Assembly: GCA_016187485.1 (NCBI GenBank)
Contig: JACPJO010000005.1
Location: 71,499-135,498 of the forward strand
DNA: 64,000 bases
Source: Candidatus Uhrbacteria bacterium
Lineage (GTDB): Bacteria > Patescibacteriota > Patescibacteriia > UBA9934 > UBA10169
Direction of reading: 5' to 3'
Part shown: in pieces, positions 18,431 to 28,922 of the stretch
Layout: every line of letters begins with the position of its first letter
Numbering within the stretch: position 1 is the first letter of the stretch
Notes under the pieces: generated by a model
The model's database searches: none
Seen by the model: only the letters and a program-made list of their open reading frames with translations
What the model was told of the DNA's origin: nothing
Position numbers and translations under genes: made by a program

Positions 18431-19222
18431 ATGTTTATCCATGCTGCGTGCATCCCTCACTCCCCTCTTCTTTTACCTTCCATCCATGCGGAAGATACAG
18501 GTCTGCTTGAGCCGACCCGCGCGGCCGTACGCGAGGTTGCCGAGCATCTCTATGTTTTGAAGCCGGATGTTTTATGTATTCTTTCCGGGCACGGTGAGCA
18601 CTATACGGATGCGTTTAGTATAGACGCAGCCCCCTGGTACGAGGCGAATCTTCATGCGTTTGGAGATCTCTCTAGCCCGCAAAAGTTCTCGGCTACACAC
18701 GCGCTTACGGATCGCCTTCAGAGGCGTGTGCGCAAAGAACATACTCCTTTCACTCTTTCGACAAACGCTGTCTTGGAATACGGCACAAGTGTTGCTTTAC
18801 GGCTCCTTGCAGAGAAGCTCCCCGATGTGCACGTTCTCCCGCTCGCATTCAGCGACCTGTCCCGCAAAGAACATTTTCAATTTGGGCAGATTGTCCGCGA
18901 CGTCTTTGATGAAGCGCCTGAGCGTATTGCCGTCATTGCTGCAGGCGATTTGTCCCACGCACTTGAGAGCACCTCGCCCGCAGGCTACGCGCCTGAGGGG
19001 AAACAGTTTGAATCAGCTTTGGTACAGGCGGTGAATCAGGGGAGCGCTGCGCAACTCCTCACCATTCCCGATAATGTCATCGAGCGTGCGCACGAAAGTA
19101 TGTTGCGCCCGCTTCTCATCCTCTACGGGATGCTGGAAAAAACATTGTTCAAAACGGAAGTCCTCTCTTACCAGGCGCCGCTTGGCGTGGGTTATCTTGT
19201 CGCGCAGTTTCATATACGTTGA
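18431..19222 (+). CDS. MEMO1/class III extradiol dioxygenase subunit B-like protein
   Basis: PHSPLLLP, IAAGDLSH, SYQAPLGVGYLVA. Confidence 0.85.
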   Translation: MFIHAACIPHSPLLLPSIHAEDTGLLEPTRAAVREVAEHLYVLKPDVLCILSGHGEHYTDAFSIDAAPWYEANLHAFGDLSSPQKFSATHALTDRLQRRVRKEHTPFTLSTNAVLEYGTSVALRLLAEKLPDVHVLPLAFSDLSRKEHFQFGQIVRDVFDEAPERIAVIAAGDLSHALESTSPAGYAPEGKQFESALVQAVNQGSAAQLLTIPDNVIERAHESMLRPLLILYGMLEKTLFKTEVLSYQAPLGVGYLVAQFHIR

Positions 19223-19224
19223 GT

Positions 19225-20982
19225 ATGTTCGCAGACGTTTACCCTCTTGTGCGTCTGCCACGAAGACTCCATGCTTTTACGTATGCGCTTCCTCCAGCCG
19301 GAGACACACAGGTATGCGTGGGAGATCTTGTGGAGGTTCTCTGGCGTGGGCGGCGCGTAGAAGCTGTTGTCGCCCGCCTTTCTGGGGCCGCGCCTTCGCG
19401 TGCGATAAAACCGATCGAACGGCTTGTCGGGCGTTTTTTAAATCCTGAAGAGTTGCGTGTATATGAAGAGGCAGCGGCGTGGACATTCCAGTCCCCTTCC
19501 TCCGTTCTGCTTTCTGCACGGATTTTTACTGAAAAACCGTCTGCCCTTTCACTTATAAAGTCTGATACACATCGTTTTTCGCGCAACGAGCTCGGTCTTT
19601 TGACCTCGGCGCTTGCCGCTTCGGGAAATGCAGGATTTATCCAGACGGCAGATGTCGCGGAAAGCGCCATACTCGCGCTTCTCCTTCATAAAAAACGCCG
19701 TGCCCCCACCCTTCTTCTTGTCCCACATGCGCACGACGCGGGGGTTGCCGCTGGCGTTCTTGCCGGTGCCCTTCCTCGCGTGCGCATCTACGACACCTCG
19801 CAGAAGCTCTCGCAACGGGCAAAGATTGCTTCCCTCTGGCGGAGCGGAGATATTCCAATTCTTGTGGGCACACGTGCAAGTACTCTTCTTCCTCCGCCGC
19901 GTGTGCTGGGGAGTATTGTTGTTGCGCGCAGCACGGTTGCAGAGCATGCCCAGACAGATCGAAATCCGCGCTACGACGCGCGCCGCATCGCCGCGGCATG
20001 GTCTGCCGTGCGCCGATGCCCGATCATTTCCTCGGGTTCCCTTCCGGGCATCCAAGATCTATTTGCTTACAAGACAATGACGAAGCATGAGGGAATTCTC
20101 TCCGTTCTCGCTAATGCCATCGTTGTTCCCATGGCGGCATCTTCGCGTAAGCATCCACTGCTTTCGGATGATCTCCTCTCTGCAGTTCGTGAAACCCTGC
20201 AGTCTCGCAAGACGGCGTGGCTTGTGTTGAACCGCAAAGGCGTGGCTCGCGCGATGACATGTCGTGTCTGCCAGTTTGTGGAGGTATGCGGTACATGCAA
20301 AAAGCGACTGGCCGTCTATGACACACACCTGTGGTGCAACACGTGTGTGCGTGCCACGCGCCGCCCGGAAACCTGCAGACGGTGCGGCGGAGAAGTGCGC
20401 CTTGTTGCTCCAGGCCTTTCGGCGCTTGCGAAGGAGTTAGCACGGCATTTTCCCGACACGCCAATCACCCTCGTCCAAAAAGGAGGAGCGCAGCCGTCCA
20501 TACGTCTAGGAATCCTTCTTACCACAGACTTTTTCTTCGAGAACTTTTTCACTCCAGCCCTCTGTTCGACAGGCCTTGTCGCCCTTGTCTCTTTCGACGA
20601 AGAACTCGCGCGCAGTCCTGCTCGCGTATGCGAGTACGCAGGCGCGGCGTACCGTTTAAGAGCGCGTCTTTTATTACAAACATACGAAACGAGCCTCACG
20701 GACCTTTGGCGATCAGATCCTACAAGTAGCGTCGAGCGCGAATTAGAAGCGCGTAGGCACCTTGACGTTGCCCCCTTTCGTGAGGAAGTCACTCTTCGTC
20801 TTGCTAAAGGCGCGCCCGGGACGTTGGATGCCGTTGTGGAAAAACTTCACGCGGATATGCCCGCGCTCTCGCTTACGCCTCTGTCCGACGGCGCCGTCTC
20901 TCTCGCTCCCCTTTCTCCCGAAGCCGTGCAAGCCTTGCAGAAGCTTCCCGATTCCATTATTCTAGAACGTATATTTCTATGA
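19225..20982 (+). CDS. priA: Degenerate primosomal protein N'
   Basis: PriA N-domain (FTY..GDLVEV.W), ILVGTR, PRYDAR, LNRKG followed by four CxxC; upstream of def-fmt; no Walker A. Confidence 0.75.
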   Translation: MFADVYPLVRLPRRLHAFTYALPPAGDTQVCVGDLVEVLWRGRRVEAVVARLSGAAPSRAIKPIERLVGRFLNPEELRVYEEAAAWTFQSPSSVLLSARIFTEKPSALSLIKSDTHRFSRNELGLLTSALAASGNAGFIQTADVAESAILALLLHKKRRAPTLLLVPHAHDAGVAAGVLAGALPRVRIYDTSQKLSQRAKIASLWRSGDIPILVGTRASTLLPPPRVLGSIVVARSTVAEHAQTDRNPRYDARRIAAAWSAVRRCPIISSGSLPGIQDLFAYKTMTKHEGILSVLANAIVVPMAASSRKHPLLSDDLLSAVRETLQSRKTAWLVLNRKGVARAMTCRVCQFVEVCGTCKKRLAVYDTHLWCNTCVRATRRPETCRRCGGEVRLVAPGLSALAKELARHFPDTPITLVQKGGAQPSIRLGILLTTDFFFENFFTPALCSTGLVALVSFDEELARSPARVCEYAGAAYRLRARLLLQTYETSLTDLWRSDPTSSVERELEARRHLDVAPFREEVTLRLAKGAPGTLDAVVEKLHADMPALSLTPLSDGAVSLAPLSPEAVQALQKLPDSIILERIFL

Positions 20983-21455
20983 GCCGCCGGACGATTATCA
21001 CAAATCCTTCCCCCACTCTTCAGGAGAAAAGTCTTCCTGTGGATTCCGCGGAAATTTCCACGACCGAGTTTCAAGTATTTTTGGATGATCTTCTTGAAAC
21101 AATGCACGGGGCCGATGGAGTCGGCATCGCCGCTCCACAGGTTGGTGTACACAAGCGTGTCTTCGTTGGCCTTAAGGGAAACGAGCCCCATGTTTTTATT
21201 AACCCCGAAATCACCCGTGCTTCTTTTCGCAAAGTTGATTCGGAGGAGGGATGCCTTTCGGTGCCAGGAATATGGGGCATCGTACGTCGCCACCGTTGTG
21301 TGACTGTTTCGTATACAGATCGTTTCGGGAACCCCGCCCGCGTTCGTCTGGAAGGACTTCCTGCCATTGTGGCGCAGCATGAGACGGATCACCTTGAGGG
21401 GATTTTGTTTATTGAAAAAGCGACGCGAATTACCACGCCGCCGTCCGCTTTGTGA
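20979..21455 (+). CDS. def: Peptide deformylase
   Basis: GVGIAAPQVG, EGCLS, QHETDHL. Confidence 0.97.
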   Translation: MSRRTIITNPSPTLQEKSLPVDSAEISTTEFQVFLDDLLETMHGADGVGIAAPQVGVHKRVFVGLKGNEPHVFINPEITRASFRKVDSEEGCLSVPGIWGIVRRHRCVTVSYTDRFGNPARVRLEGLPAIVAQHETDHLEGILFIEKATRITTPPSAL

Positions 21456-22384
21456 CCATTGTCTTTTTTGGTTCACCCCATCTTGCCGTCCCCTTCCTCA
21501 ATACTCTCATGATTCATGAGGGGTTTACGGTTCTTGCCGTTGTCACGCAACCAGACCGTGCTTCCGGGAGACACAAAATACCTCACCCCTGCCCTGTTGC
21601 CCAAGCGGCCGCTGCCTACAAGGTGAATCTTTTCCAACCGGTCTCTCTCAAGCGCGATAAGAATATCCGAAAAAAACTTGCCGATCTTGGCGCCGATGTG
21701 TTTGTTGTTGTCGCCTACGGGAGCATGATTCCCGATGAGCTTCTCGCGCTCCCCCCCTTTGGCGTCATTAATGTGCACCCGTCCCTTCTTCCTCGACATC
21801 GCGGTCCTACCCCTATGCCTTCGGCGATCCTTGCCGGTGATGAAGTCACGGGAATCAGTATTATGAAACTCGATCACGAGATGGACCACGGACCTATCCT
21901 TGCACAGTTGGAAATTCCTCTCACGTCCGACATGGACACACCGGCTCTTGAACAGATTGTTACCTACAAGGGCCCCGTGCTCCTCGCTGATACGCTGGAG
22001 GCTTATCGAAAAGGGCACCTCAAACCGCGCGAACAAGCACACGAGCGCGCCACCTACTGTCAGCTTCTTACACGAGACTCGGGCCGGCTTGACTGGAAAG
22101 AAAGCGCGGAACAATTGGATCGGACGATCCGCGCGTACCGTCCGTGGCCGGGAACGTGGACGACATGGAAACGCAAACGACTCAAAATTCTCGACGCAGC
22201 GTTAGCGGCGGGAAGCCTGCTCAAACCAGCGGGAACCGTTTATGAAGAAGGGGGGTATGTTTATATTTCCTGTCATCGCGGTTCCATTCTTCTTAAGCAG
22301 CTCCAGCTCGAAGGGGGAAAGCCTCTTTCGATACGGGATTTTTTGCGAGGCTATAAGGATTTTGTCGGCTCTCGCGTAGAATGA
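21452..22384 (+). CDS. fmt: Methionyl-tRNA formyltransferase
   Basis: VVTQPDR, VVAYG, INVHPSLLP.HRG, MDHGPI. Confidence 0.96.
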   Translation: MTIVFFGSPHLAVPFLNTLMIHEGFTVLAVVTQPDRASGRHKIPHPCPVAQAAAAYKVNLFQPVSLKRDKNIRKKLADLGADVFVVVAYGSMIPDELLALPPFGVINVHPSLLPRHRGPTPMPSAILAGDEVTGISIMKLDHEMDHGPILAQLEIPLTSDMDTPALEQIVTYKGPVLLADTLEAYRKGHLKPREQAHERATYCQLLTRDSGRLDWKESAEQLDRTIRAYRPWPGTWTTWKRKRLKILDAALAAGSLLKPAGTVYEEGGYVYISCHRGSILLKQLQLEGGKPLSIRDFLRGYKDFVGSRVE

Positions 22385-23789
22385 ACGGTGTTATAAAGAG
22401 GAAAAATCCAAGACCAAGTGGGTGGTTGAGATACGGGGAAAATGCATGGACGACAGCAAGGGTGAGGAGGCCTGCAGAAAAGCCTGCGCGAAGCCAGAAT
22501 GGTTGATCGTCGGCATGCCAGAGAGCTCGGAAATATGCAGCAAAAAGCCACAGAAACGCTACAAGGCCAAGAACCCCCATCTTTAGCCAAAGGTCGAGCC
22601 ACCCCCACTCAAATGCGTGGGTGGTCCACCGCCCCTCCGGATATTGCGCACGGATGCGCGGATCATCGCTCTGCACTTCTAACCCCTTTCCAAATCCATT
22701 TCCTCTCCACAGATGTTCCTGCGTACCATCCCACATGATGGGGAGAAGCTTCCACCGACTTGAGATGGCGGCATCGCCAAATTCCGTACCGCGCTTTGTA
22801 AATACATCCTGCAGATTGGAGACACGCGTGGGAAGGGGAAAAACGAGAAAGACCAGCGCGACAATCAAAAGAAGGCTTCCCCCTACGTGTGCAACAAGAC
22901 GACCAGCGAGGCGGAGCGTACGAGAAAAAGATTTCCGTACAAGCAGGAGGAAAAGAAATGTGCCGCCAACCATTCCACCAAGCCAGAAACTTCGTGAAAG
23001 ACTAAGAACAATACCTGCTAGTAGAAGGCTCCACACCCACGTTCTCTCTGCCCGACTCCGTTCCCACGCAAAGGCCACAAGAAGGAAGAGTGTGGGAATA
23101 AGGATGATCTGGCTCTGAAGGAATATGCGCCAGTACCCTCCGCTCATGAGGGTAATTTCTCCAATGCGCGCATCACGAATAAATTTATACAGAGGAACGA
23201 GGGCTATACCATCAAGATGAGTAAAAAGATAGAGGGTACCAAGCGAAAAGATGGCGACCCAAAGGGCTGTAGCCGTGAATACGTGGAGAAGTTGCCGGCA
23301 CATATCGCGTGACCAGGCCACAGACGCAAGAGGGAGAAGGTACAGGGCGAAGAAGTATCCGTTGGCATCGTCCAAAGCCGTGAGAGGATTATTTTCCTGC
23401 ATGCCGACAAGAAGACCACTCACGACAGCTCCCGCGACCAAGACCCAGGGCTGGAGGATAAGGTCACGCAGATGTGGCACCTCGCGCTTCCACAGAACGC
23501 GTACGCCCCACCCAAGAAGGATTCCGGCAAAAATGACAATGCGCTCCGTAAGGACAACGGGCCCAATATTCGCCTCGATGAGATGCCCGTGGGAAAAAGC
23601 GAAAAGTTCGGCAAAGGCAACGAGAAGGGCCGCAGACGGACGGCGAATGTAGAGCCACGCTGCCCCCACACCCAGAGCGAAAAGAATGGGGAGAGCGAGA
23701 GGGGTGTACCGCACCAGTATGGAAAGAATGACGGCCGCCGCTAACCCGCCGAACGTGACCCATGTTGTTTTCCCAAAAAATTGCTCCAT
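22293..23789 (-). CDS. O-antigen ligase (WaaL/Wzy-like) membrane protein
   Basis: Multi-TM, SLSRSFWLG, SRW, GNGFG, WLDLWLKMG; within the glycosyltransferase cluster; start MEQFFG. Confidence 0.8.
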   Translation of the reverse strand: MEQFFGKTTWVTFGGLAAAVILSILVRYTPLALPILFALGVGAAWLYIRRPSAALLVAFAELFAFSHGHLIEANIGPVVLTERIVIFAGILLGWGVRVLWKREVPHLRDLILQPWVLVAGAVVSGLLVGMQENNPLTALDDANGYFFALYLLPLASVAWSRDMCRQLLHVFTATALWVAIFSLGTLYLFTHLDGIALVPLYKFIRDARIGEITLMSGGYWRIFLQSQIILIPTLFLLVAFAWERSRAERTWVWSLLLAGIVLSLSRSFWLGGMVGGTFLFLLLVRKSFSRTLRLAGRLVAHVGGSLLLIVALVFLVFPLPTRVSNLQDVFTKRGTEFGDAAISSRWKLLPIMWDGTQEHLWRGNGFGKGLEVQSDDPRIRAQYPEGRWTTHAFEWGWLDLWLKMGVLGLVAFLWLFAAYFRALWHADDQPFWLRAGFSAGLLTLAVVHAFSPYLNHPLGLGFFLFITPFILRESRQNPYSLAKNPVSKEAFPLRAGAA

Positions 23790-23790
23790 A

Positions 23791-24630
23791 TTAATAACGT
23801 TTGACGAAATCGGCGATACGGCCGAGAATCCACAGAAGCGGGTGGAAGAAGACAAATATCGCCCACGCTCCCCAGCCGAAATGCTTGCGGATGTAACGGC
23901 GGAGGCTTCGACGGATGACAGCTTGTTTTTCCCGCGTACGCACCTGACTAAACGATCCACCCTTCGCGTGCCGTGCCTGGACATCTGCATAGTAGCGAAT
24001 TTTCCAGCCCGCGTCTTTTGCACGCTTACAGTAATCCACTTCCTCAAACCAGTAGAAAAATCCCTCGTCGAGCAACCCAATATCTTCTATGAGCGCGCGC
24101 CGAATGAGGAAATACGCGCCCATGACTTGGTCTACGTCCTGTGTCTTGCGATAATCGAAGTCTGTTTTGAGGTAGTGTTTGAGAATCTTTGGGAAAAGGT
24201 GCGGAAGTTTTAGCAGGACAACAAGTTGATTGAGAGGGGTGGGAAAAGCTCGGACCGACGGCTGTGGCGAACCGTCTGGATTAGAGAGGCGCACGCCGGC
24301 AATACCCACCTCCGTGTCTTGATTAAGGTGACCAAGAAGTGTCGCAAGACTGTCGTCTGTGAGTTCGATGTCGGGATTAAGCAAGAGAAGGTACTTTCCT
24401 GTGGCTTCACGAATTCCGCGATTGCAACCGCTGGCAAATCCTCTGTTCTCCTGTGTAAGGAGGTGGATCCGCGCGTCCGAAACGACGTCCGAGAGATCCT
24501 CCTCTTTGGAGTGGTTAATAATAAACAATTCCCACGACAACGATGTCGCGTGGCGGAGAAGAGAGGCGACCATGCGCCGCAGATGATCTGCCGATCGATA
24601 ATTTACCGAAATAATGCTTATATCCGTCAT
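23791..24630 (-). CDS. Glycosyltransferase family 2
   Basis: ISIISVNY, NRGFASGCNRG, LLLNPD, FEEVDYC. Confidence 0.92.
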   Translation of the reverse strand: MTDISIISVNYRSADHLRRMVASLLRHATSLSWELFIINHSKEEDLSDVVSDARIHLLTQENRGFASGCNRGIREATGKYLLLLNPDIELTDDSLATLLGHLNQDTEVGIAGVRLSNPDGSPQPSVRAFPTPLNQLVVLLKLPHLFPKILKHYLKTDFDYRKTQDVDQVMGAYFLIRRALIEDIGLLDEGFFYWFEEVDYCKRAKDAGWKIRYYADVQARHAKGGSFSQVRTREKQAVIRRSLRRYIRKHFGWGAWAIFVFFHPLLWILGRIADFVKRY

Positions 24631-25337
24631 AGACCATGCTTGTGGATGATAGCATCGCGCGCGCTTTCGTATGCGCGAACCGATCGGGGTGTCCAGCCGA
24701 AGAGCTTCCAGGGAAGCCGATAGAGCCCCGACGGCCGCCACGAGGAAATTCCCTGTCGCCCATGTCCCACACGGACGTGAAACAACTCCTCGGGAACATA
24801 AACTCCCCTCCCCCCTTTTTGAAGAATAGAAAGCCACACATCCCAATCTTGGAAACGCTTCACTTCTTCGTCAAATCTCGGAAACCATTCGCGGCGAATG
24901 AGCGCCGACGTATGGACGTAATTCATCTTTCGCAAGCGCTCTCTCGAAAATGGGAAACTTTTAAATTGCTTCCACCCAAAACGAAATCCCGAGTAGGCGT
25001 AGGCGGCTGTGGCGTCACTCTTAAGGACTCGCAGGAGCTTTTCAAGCATGCCTGGCTTCATGACGATATCTGCATCAAGGAACAGGACATACGGGCTCTT
25101 TGTACGATCAAAACCAACATTTCGCGCACGGTTGCTTCCTTGATTCGTCTGCTCGATGATGATAACCCCCTTCGCCTTATAGGGAGCAAGAACCGTGCGG
25201 GTATTGTCGGTGGATCCGTCATCTACAACAATAATCTCGGCGGGTGGGAGGGTTTGTGCCAACACAGAGTCAAGACACGCCGTCAGGGTACTGGCATGTT
25301 GATAGGTAGGGATGATGATGCTGATGTCAGAGGACAT
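24627..25337 (-). CDS. Glycosyltransferase family 2
   Basis: ISIIIPTY, VVDDGSTD, ARNVG, FLDAD, QDWD. Confidence 0.92.
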   Translation of the reverse strand: MSSDISIIIPTYQHASTLTACLDSVLAQTLPPAEIIVVDDGSTDNTRTVLAPYKAKGVIIIEQTNQGSNRARNVGFDRTKSPYVLFLDADIVMKPGMLEKLLRVLKSDATAAYAYSGFRFGWKQFKSFPFSRERLRKMNYVHTSALIRREWFPRFDEEVKRFQDWDVWLSILQKGGRGVYVPEELFHVRVGHGRQGISSWRPSGLYRLPWKLFGWTPRSVRAYESARDAIIHKHGL

Positions 25338-26349
25338 ACGGGGACAACTGCTCGTACAGACGTTCTTTAAGGAACCCTTTTTGTACAAACGCACGATTCG
25401 CCTCTCCCATCTTTCGGCGTCTTTCTGGATCACACGAAAGCTCTTGGATGGCATCGACAAGAGCGCGCGTATCCTGCGAGGGGACGTGTATAGCCCCGTC
25501 AGGAGATACAGCTTCGCCAATCGCTTTCTCGTTTGAGGCAATAATAGGAAGGCCGGCGGCTCCAGCCTCGAGATACACAATACCAAACCCTTCGACATCC
25601 TGCGTTGTTGAGGAAGGGATAAAGGTAAATATATCAGCCGACCGCCATACATCCAGTAGAGCGCGATCGTCCTCTGGGGTAAGAAAATGTACCCGCGAAG
25701 AAACACCCAGCTCACGCGCCTGTTTTTCCAGAGATGCGCGCTCCGGCCCCTCCCCAACAATGGTGTACGTGACGTCTGGAAGTTCTACAAGTGCCTCAAG
25801 GATTCGTCCATGATTTTTTCTTGCGACAAGCCGTGACACAGTGAGAAGCCGGCAAGGCGCGGACATTGCAGCGGAGACAGGGTGCGAGAGAAGCGGCTCC
25901 ATAGACACGGGAAGAGTCGGCCGTACAGGGAGAACTGCGCAAGAATTATCAAATTGCCGGATTTCCTCTGCGAGCGTTTCGGAATTACACACCACAAGAC
26001 GCGCTCCCCGCAGGATTCTCCGTGTAAGCCATCGCTTCCAGGCATTGCGCGTCCCGAGGCGAAAATCCATACCGTGTAAAATCACGATGTACGAGACTCG
26101 GCGAAATAATCGCGTGATAAAAGCGACACTCCCCATCGGGTGCACATGGCTCACCCAAAGAGTCGTTTTGCCAGGCAGCCGAATGGTGCGCAAAAGAGCC
26201 GGCAGCCAGGCAGGCCATGCTCTGTGTGTGAGAAGTCTCGACGACCAGACCTCAAAGGATTGGGGGAAACATTTCACCACGGCTTCAAGATAGCGTGCGA
26301 TGCCGCCTTTTTGCGGAGGGTATTCAAGCGTGAGCAAAATATGCTGCAT
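25327..26349 (-). CDS. Glycosyltransferase family 4
   Basis: YPPQKGGI, VSRLVARK, EGFGIVYLEA. Confidence 0.92.
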   Translation of the reverse strand: MQHILLTLEYPPQKGGIARYLEAVVKCFPQSFEVWSSRLLTHRAWPAWLPALLRTIRLPGKTTLWVSHVHPMGSVAFITRLFRRVSYIVILHGMDFRLGTRNAWKRWLTRRILRGARLVVCNSETLAEEIRQFDNSCAVLPVRPTLPVSMEPLLSHPVSAAMSAPCRLLTVSRLVARKNHGRILEALVELPDVTYTIVGEGPERASLEKQARELGVSSRVHFLTPEDDRALLDVWRSADIFTFIPSSTTQDVEGFGIVYLEAGAAGLPIIASNEKAIGEAVSPDGAIHVPSQDTRALVDAIQELSCDPERRRKMGEANRAFVQKGFLKERLYEQLSPYVL

Positions 26350-26352
26350 AAC

Positions 26353-27783
26353 TCAAGGGCGGCAGAGGGCAAGGAGAGTCTTTACGCGTTCGCGAGAAAG
26401 CACACGCACAATCCAAAGACCCCCTACGTAGACAATGGCGCCAAAAGTAATAGCAAAGAATAGTCCTATCGTGTCGAGGGCGAGGTAAACAATCAAGGCC
26501 ATTACTCCTCCAACCAGCAGGATACGGGAGAGTTTTCCAAGAAGGCGTCTCGTGTGAAGAGTAGTTATGCGCGGAACGAACAAAAGACCCGAGAAAAAGA
26601 GAAAGAGGAAGCTTCCGAGAGCGGCTGTGGCAGCTCCGGTGGTGCCGAAACGCGGGACAAGAAAAATGTTTGCTGCCGCATTCATGATGAACGTCGCACC
26701 CATAAGACTTGTCTTGAGGGTCTGGCGGTGCGCAGCATTCAAAAGCGAGCCGACAGGAAAGTCTAAGAAGAGTGGGATCGTCGCAAAAACGAGAATTTGC
26801 AGAGGGGCGACAGCGCCAAGAAATTCCTGCCCAACGGTTTGCACGATAAGCTCTGGCGCAACCGCCCAGATGCCAAATGCAATGGGGGTTGCCAGCACCA
26901 TCATATACTCCACCGCATCCTCAAACGCACCGGAAAGTTTTTCGCGCTCCTTTGCTACATACGCACTCATTGCTGGATAAAGCGCCGCCGCAAAGGCCAT
27001 AGGCAAAAACTGGAAGGCGTAGGTCAACTTGTAGGCAACAGCGTAGTACCCTACGTCAGTAGCCGTAAAGTACGTAGAGAGAAGGATCGTATCCAGATAG
27101 GAATAGCCCTTCACGAAAATGCCGGAGAGGGCGAAGGGGACGGCAAGGTAAAGGAGGTGTCTCATACCCTGCAAAGACAAGGCGGGACGAAGAAGAGAAA
27201 TACCGAAGCGGCGGACAACGATAACGGTCGAAAAAACAGCGTTCCATGCACTTCCGGCAAGAAGGGCGACCACAAGCCACACAAGCGGAGCATGGAGGAT
27301 AAGAGCGATTACTCCCACAACAACCGTGATCCCCTGCCCCACGAACATCCCAACAGACTCGAATGTGAGAACCTGTACGCCCCGAAGAAGCCCGTACATG
27401 GTAAGGGTAATGGCATCCACAAGCATGACAAGGATTGCAACTCCCACAAGTGCGCGCACAGACTCCGCATAACCCATTGCCGAGACAAAAAGCAGGACAA
27501 GAAGTGCCGCAAGAAGGGAAAAAACCACTTTCAGGGTAATAGTTTGTGCGAACATCTCTCGCCAACTCTCTGAGCCCTTTGCAACCGTGCGAATCAGGAC
27601 CGGCTGAAGACCCATGTCTGTAAGAACAGAGAACATCGTTGTAACAGAAAGCGCCAAGAAGTAATCCCCGGTGTTTTCTGTGCCCACCAGACGAGCGAGA
27701 AAAAGAAAATACAAAAACGCCAGCGCTTTCTGTACGACAGAGGCTAGCGTTAATTGCAGGGTGTTTTTCCCAAGCCGGCTCAT
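26353..27783 (-). CDS. Polysaccharide flippase (Wzx-like)
   Basis: Multi-TM MOP-family pattern, TDMGL, DTILLS, VGYYAVAYKL; start MSRLGKNT. Confidence 0.88.
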   Translation of the reverse strand: MSRLGKNTLQLTLASVVQKALAFLYFLFLARLVGTENTGDYFLALSVTTMFSVLTDMGLQPVLIRTVAKGSESWREMFAQTITLKVVFSLLAALLVLLFVSAMGYAESVRALVGVAILVMLVDAITLTMYGLLRGVQVLTFESVGMFVGQGITVVVGVIALILHAPLVWLVVALLAGSAWNAVFSTVIVVRRFGISLLRPALSLQGMRHLLYLAVPFALSGIFVKGYSYLDTILLSTYFTATDVGYYAVAYKLTYAFQFLPMAFAAALYPAMSAYVAKEREKLSGAFEDAVEYMMVLATPIAFGIWAVAPELIVQTVGQEFLGAVAPLQILVFATIPLFLDFPVGSLLNAAHRQTLKTSLMGATFIMNAAANIFLVPRFGTTGAATAALGSFLFLFFSGLLFVPRITTLHTRRLLGKLSRILLVGGVMALIVYLALDTIGLFFAITFGAIVYVGGLWIVRVLSRERVKTLLALCRP

Positions 27784-27803
27784 GGCCGTATGGTACCCAA
27801 TTT

Positions 27804-28208
27804 CTAGCGTTTTGCCCACTGCGGAGCTCTGCGAGCTTTTTTCAAACCGTACTTTTTCCGCTCTTTTCGGCGCGCGTCACGCGTGAGCATCCCTTCTTTT
27901 TTGAGGACGGGTCGGAAGTCCGGATTCCAAGCAATAAGAGCGCGCGCAATACCAAGTCGGATCGCTCCCGCTTGTCCGGCAACACCTCCGCCGGAGGTCT
28001 TCACAGCCACCTCGACCTGCCCTTCCATGCCGGTTTGCCGCAGAGGCGCAGTAATCATAGCTTGGTAGGCAAGCTGTGGAAAATACGCTTTGACGTCACG
28101 GCCGTTGACATGAATAGCGCCTGTAGTTCCTCGGACAAGCTTCACCTGCGCAACCGCGCGCTTGCGCCGTCCAATACCATGATCGTTGTTGGTCACTGCT
28201 GTCGTCAT
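27804..28208 (-). CDS. rpsI: 30S ribosomal protein S9
   Basis: GRRKRAVA, GGGVAGQAGAIRLGIARAL, KKARRAPQWAKR. Confidence 0.98.
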   Translation of the reverse strand: MTTAVTNNDHGIGRRKRAVAQVKLVRGTTGAIHVNGRDVKAYFPQLAYQAMITAPLRQTGMEGQVEVAVKTSGGGVAGQAGAIRLGIARALIAWNPDFRPVLKKEGMLTRDARRKERKKYGLKKARRAPQWAKR

Positions 28209-28567
28209 ACGGAGGAATCAAATTTTAACCGTTTCATGCGATTGGTTCGCAATTTATTCTGTGGGAGCATCGAGTACACCGCGTGCGAAATCAACTGTGT
28301 GGGATCCATTTCTTTCACGCGCGAAAGCGACACCTTCCGAAATCCGCCCGGATGTCCACTATGGCGAATATGGAAAGTTTCGGCCGCTTTTTTCGCATCA
28401 AGCTTCACTTGGCCTGCATGCAAAACCACGACGACGTCACTGCTGTCTATATGCGGCGTGTAGTCCGGACGATGCTTACCCTGGAGAATGTGGGCAACTT
28501 CCGATGCCACGCGTCCAATGGCGCGTCCGGAGGCATCAATCGTATGTGTTTCCGTTGGACGATTCAT
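28205..28567 (-). CDS. rplM: 50S ribosomal protein L13
   Basis: IDAS..GRVAS, GKH.P.YTPH.D, HSGHPGG, MLP.NKL. Confidence 0.97.
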   Translation of the reverse strand: MNRPTETHTIDASGRAIGRVASEVAHILQGKHRPDYTPHIDSSDVVVVLHAGQVKLDAKKAAETFHIRHSGHPGGFRKVSLSRVKEMDPTQLISHAVYSMLPQNKLRTNRMKRLKFDSSV

Positions 28568-28569
28568 AA

Positions 28570-28920
28570 TTACAGAAGCTCGATTTGCATAACTTCCGCG
28601 CCATCTCCTTTGCGCGGGGGGAGATTTGTTAGACGAACATATCCGCCCGTACGCTGCATATACCGCGGACCGAGGACTTCAATAGTCTTTTTTACCGCAA
28701 GCTCGTCTGGGAGTTCCGCCAAAAGTTTCCGCCGGCCGGCAAGCGTGCCTTCTTTTCCGTATTCAATCAAACGTTCCAGATACGGGCGCACCGCCTTTGC
28801 CTTTCCGCGGGTTGTTTGAACCCTTTCGTAAAGAATAACGCTTTGCGCTAAACCGGAAAGGAGCGCGCGGCGCGCGGCGCTTTTTCTATCAAGAGTTACT
28901 TTTGTGCTTCGATGACGCAT
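28570..28920 (-). CDS. rplQ: 50S ribosomal protein L17
   Basis: MRHR, TT..KAK, RTGGYVR, RKGDGAE. Confidence 0.97.
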   Translation of the reverse strand: MRHRSTKVTLDRKSAARRALLSGLAQSVILYERVQTTRGKAKAVRPYLERLIEYGKEGTLAGRRKLLAELPDELAVKKTIEVLGPRYMQRTGGYVRLTNLPPRKGDGAEVMQIELL

Positions 28921-28922
28921 AG

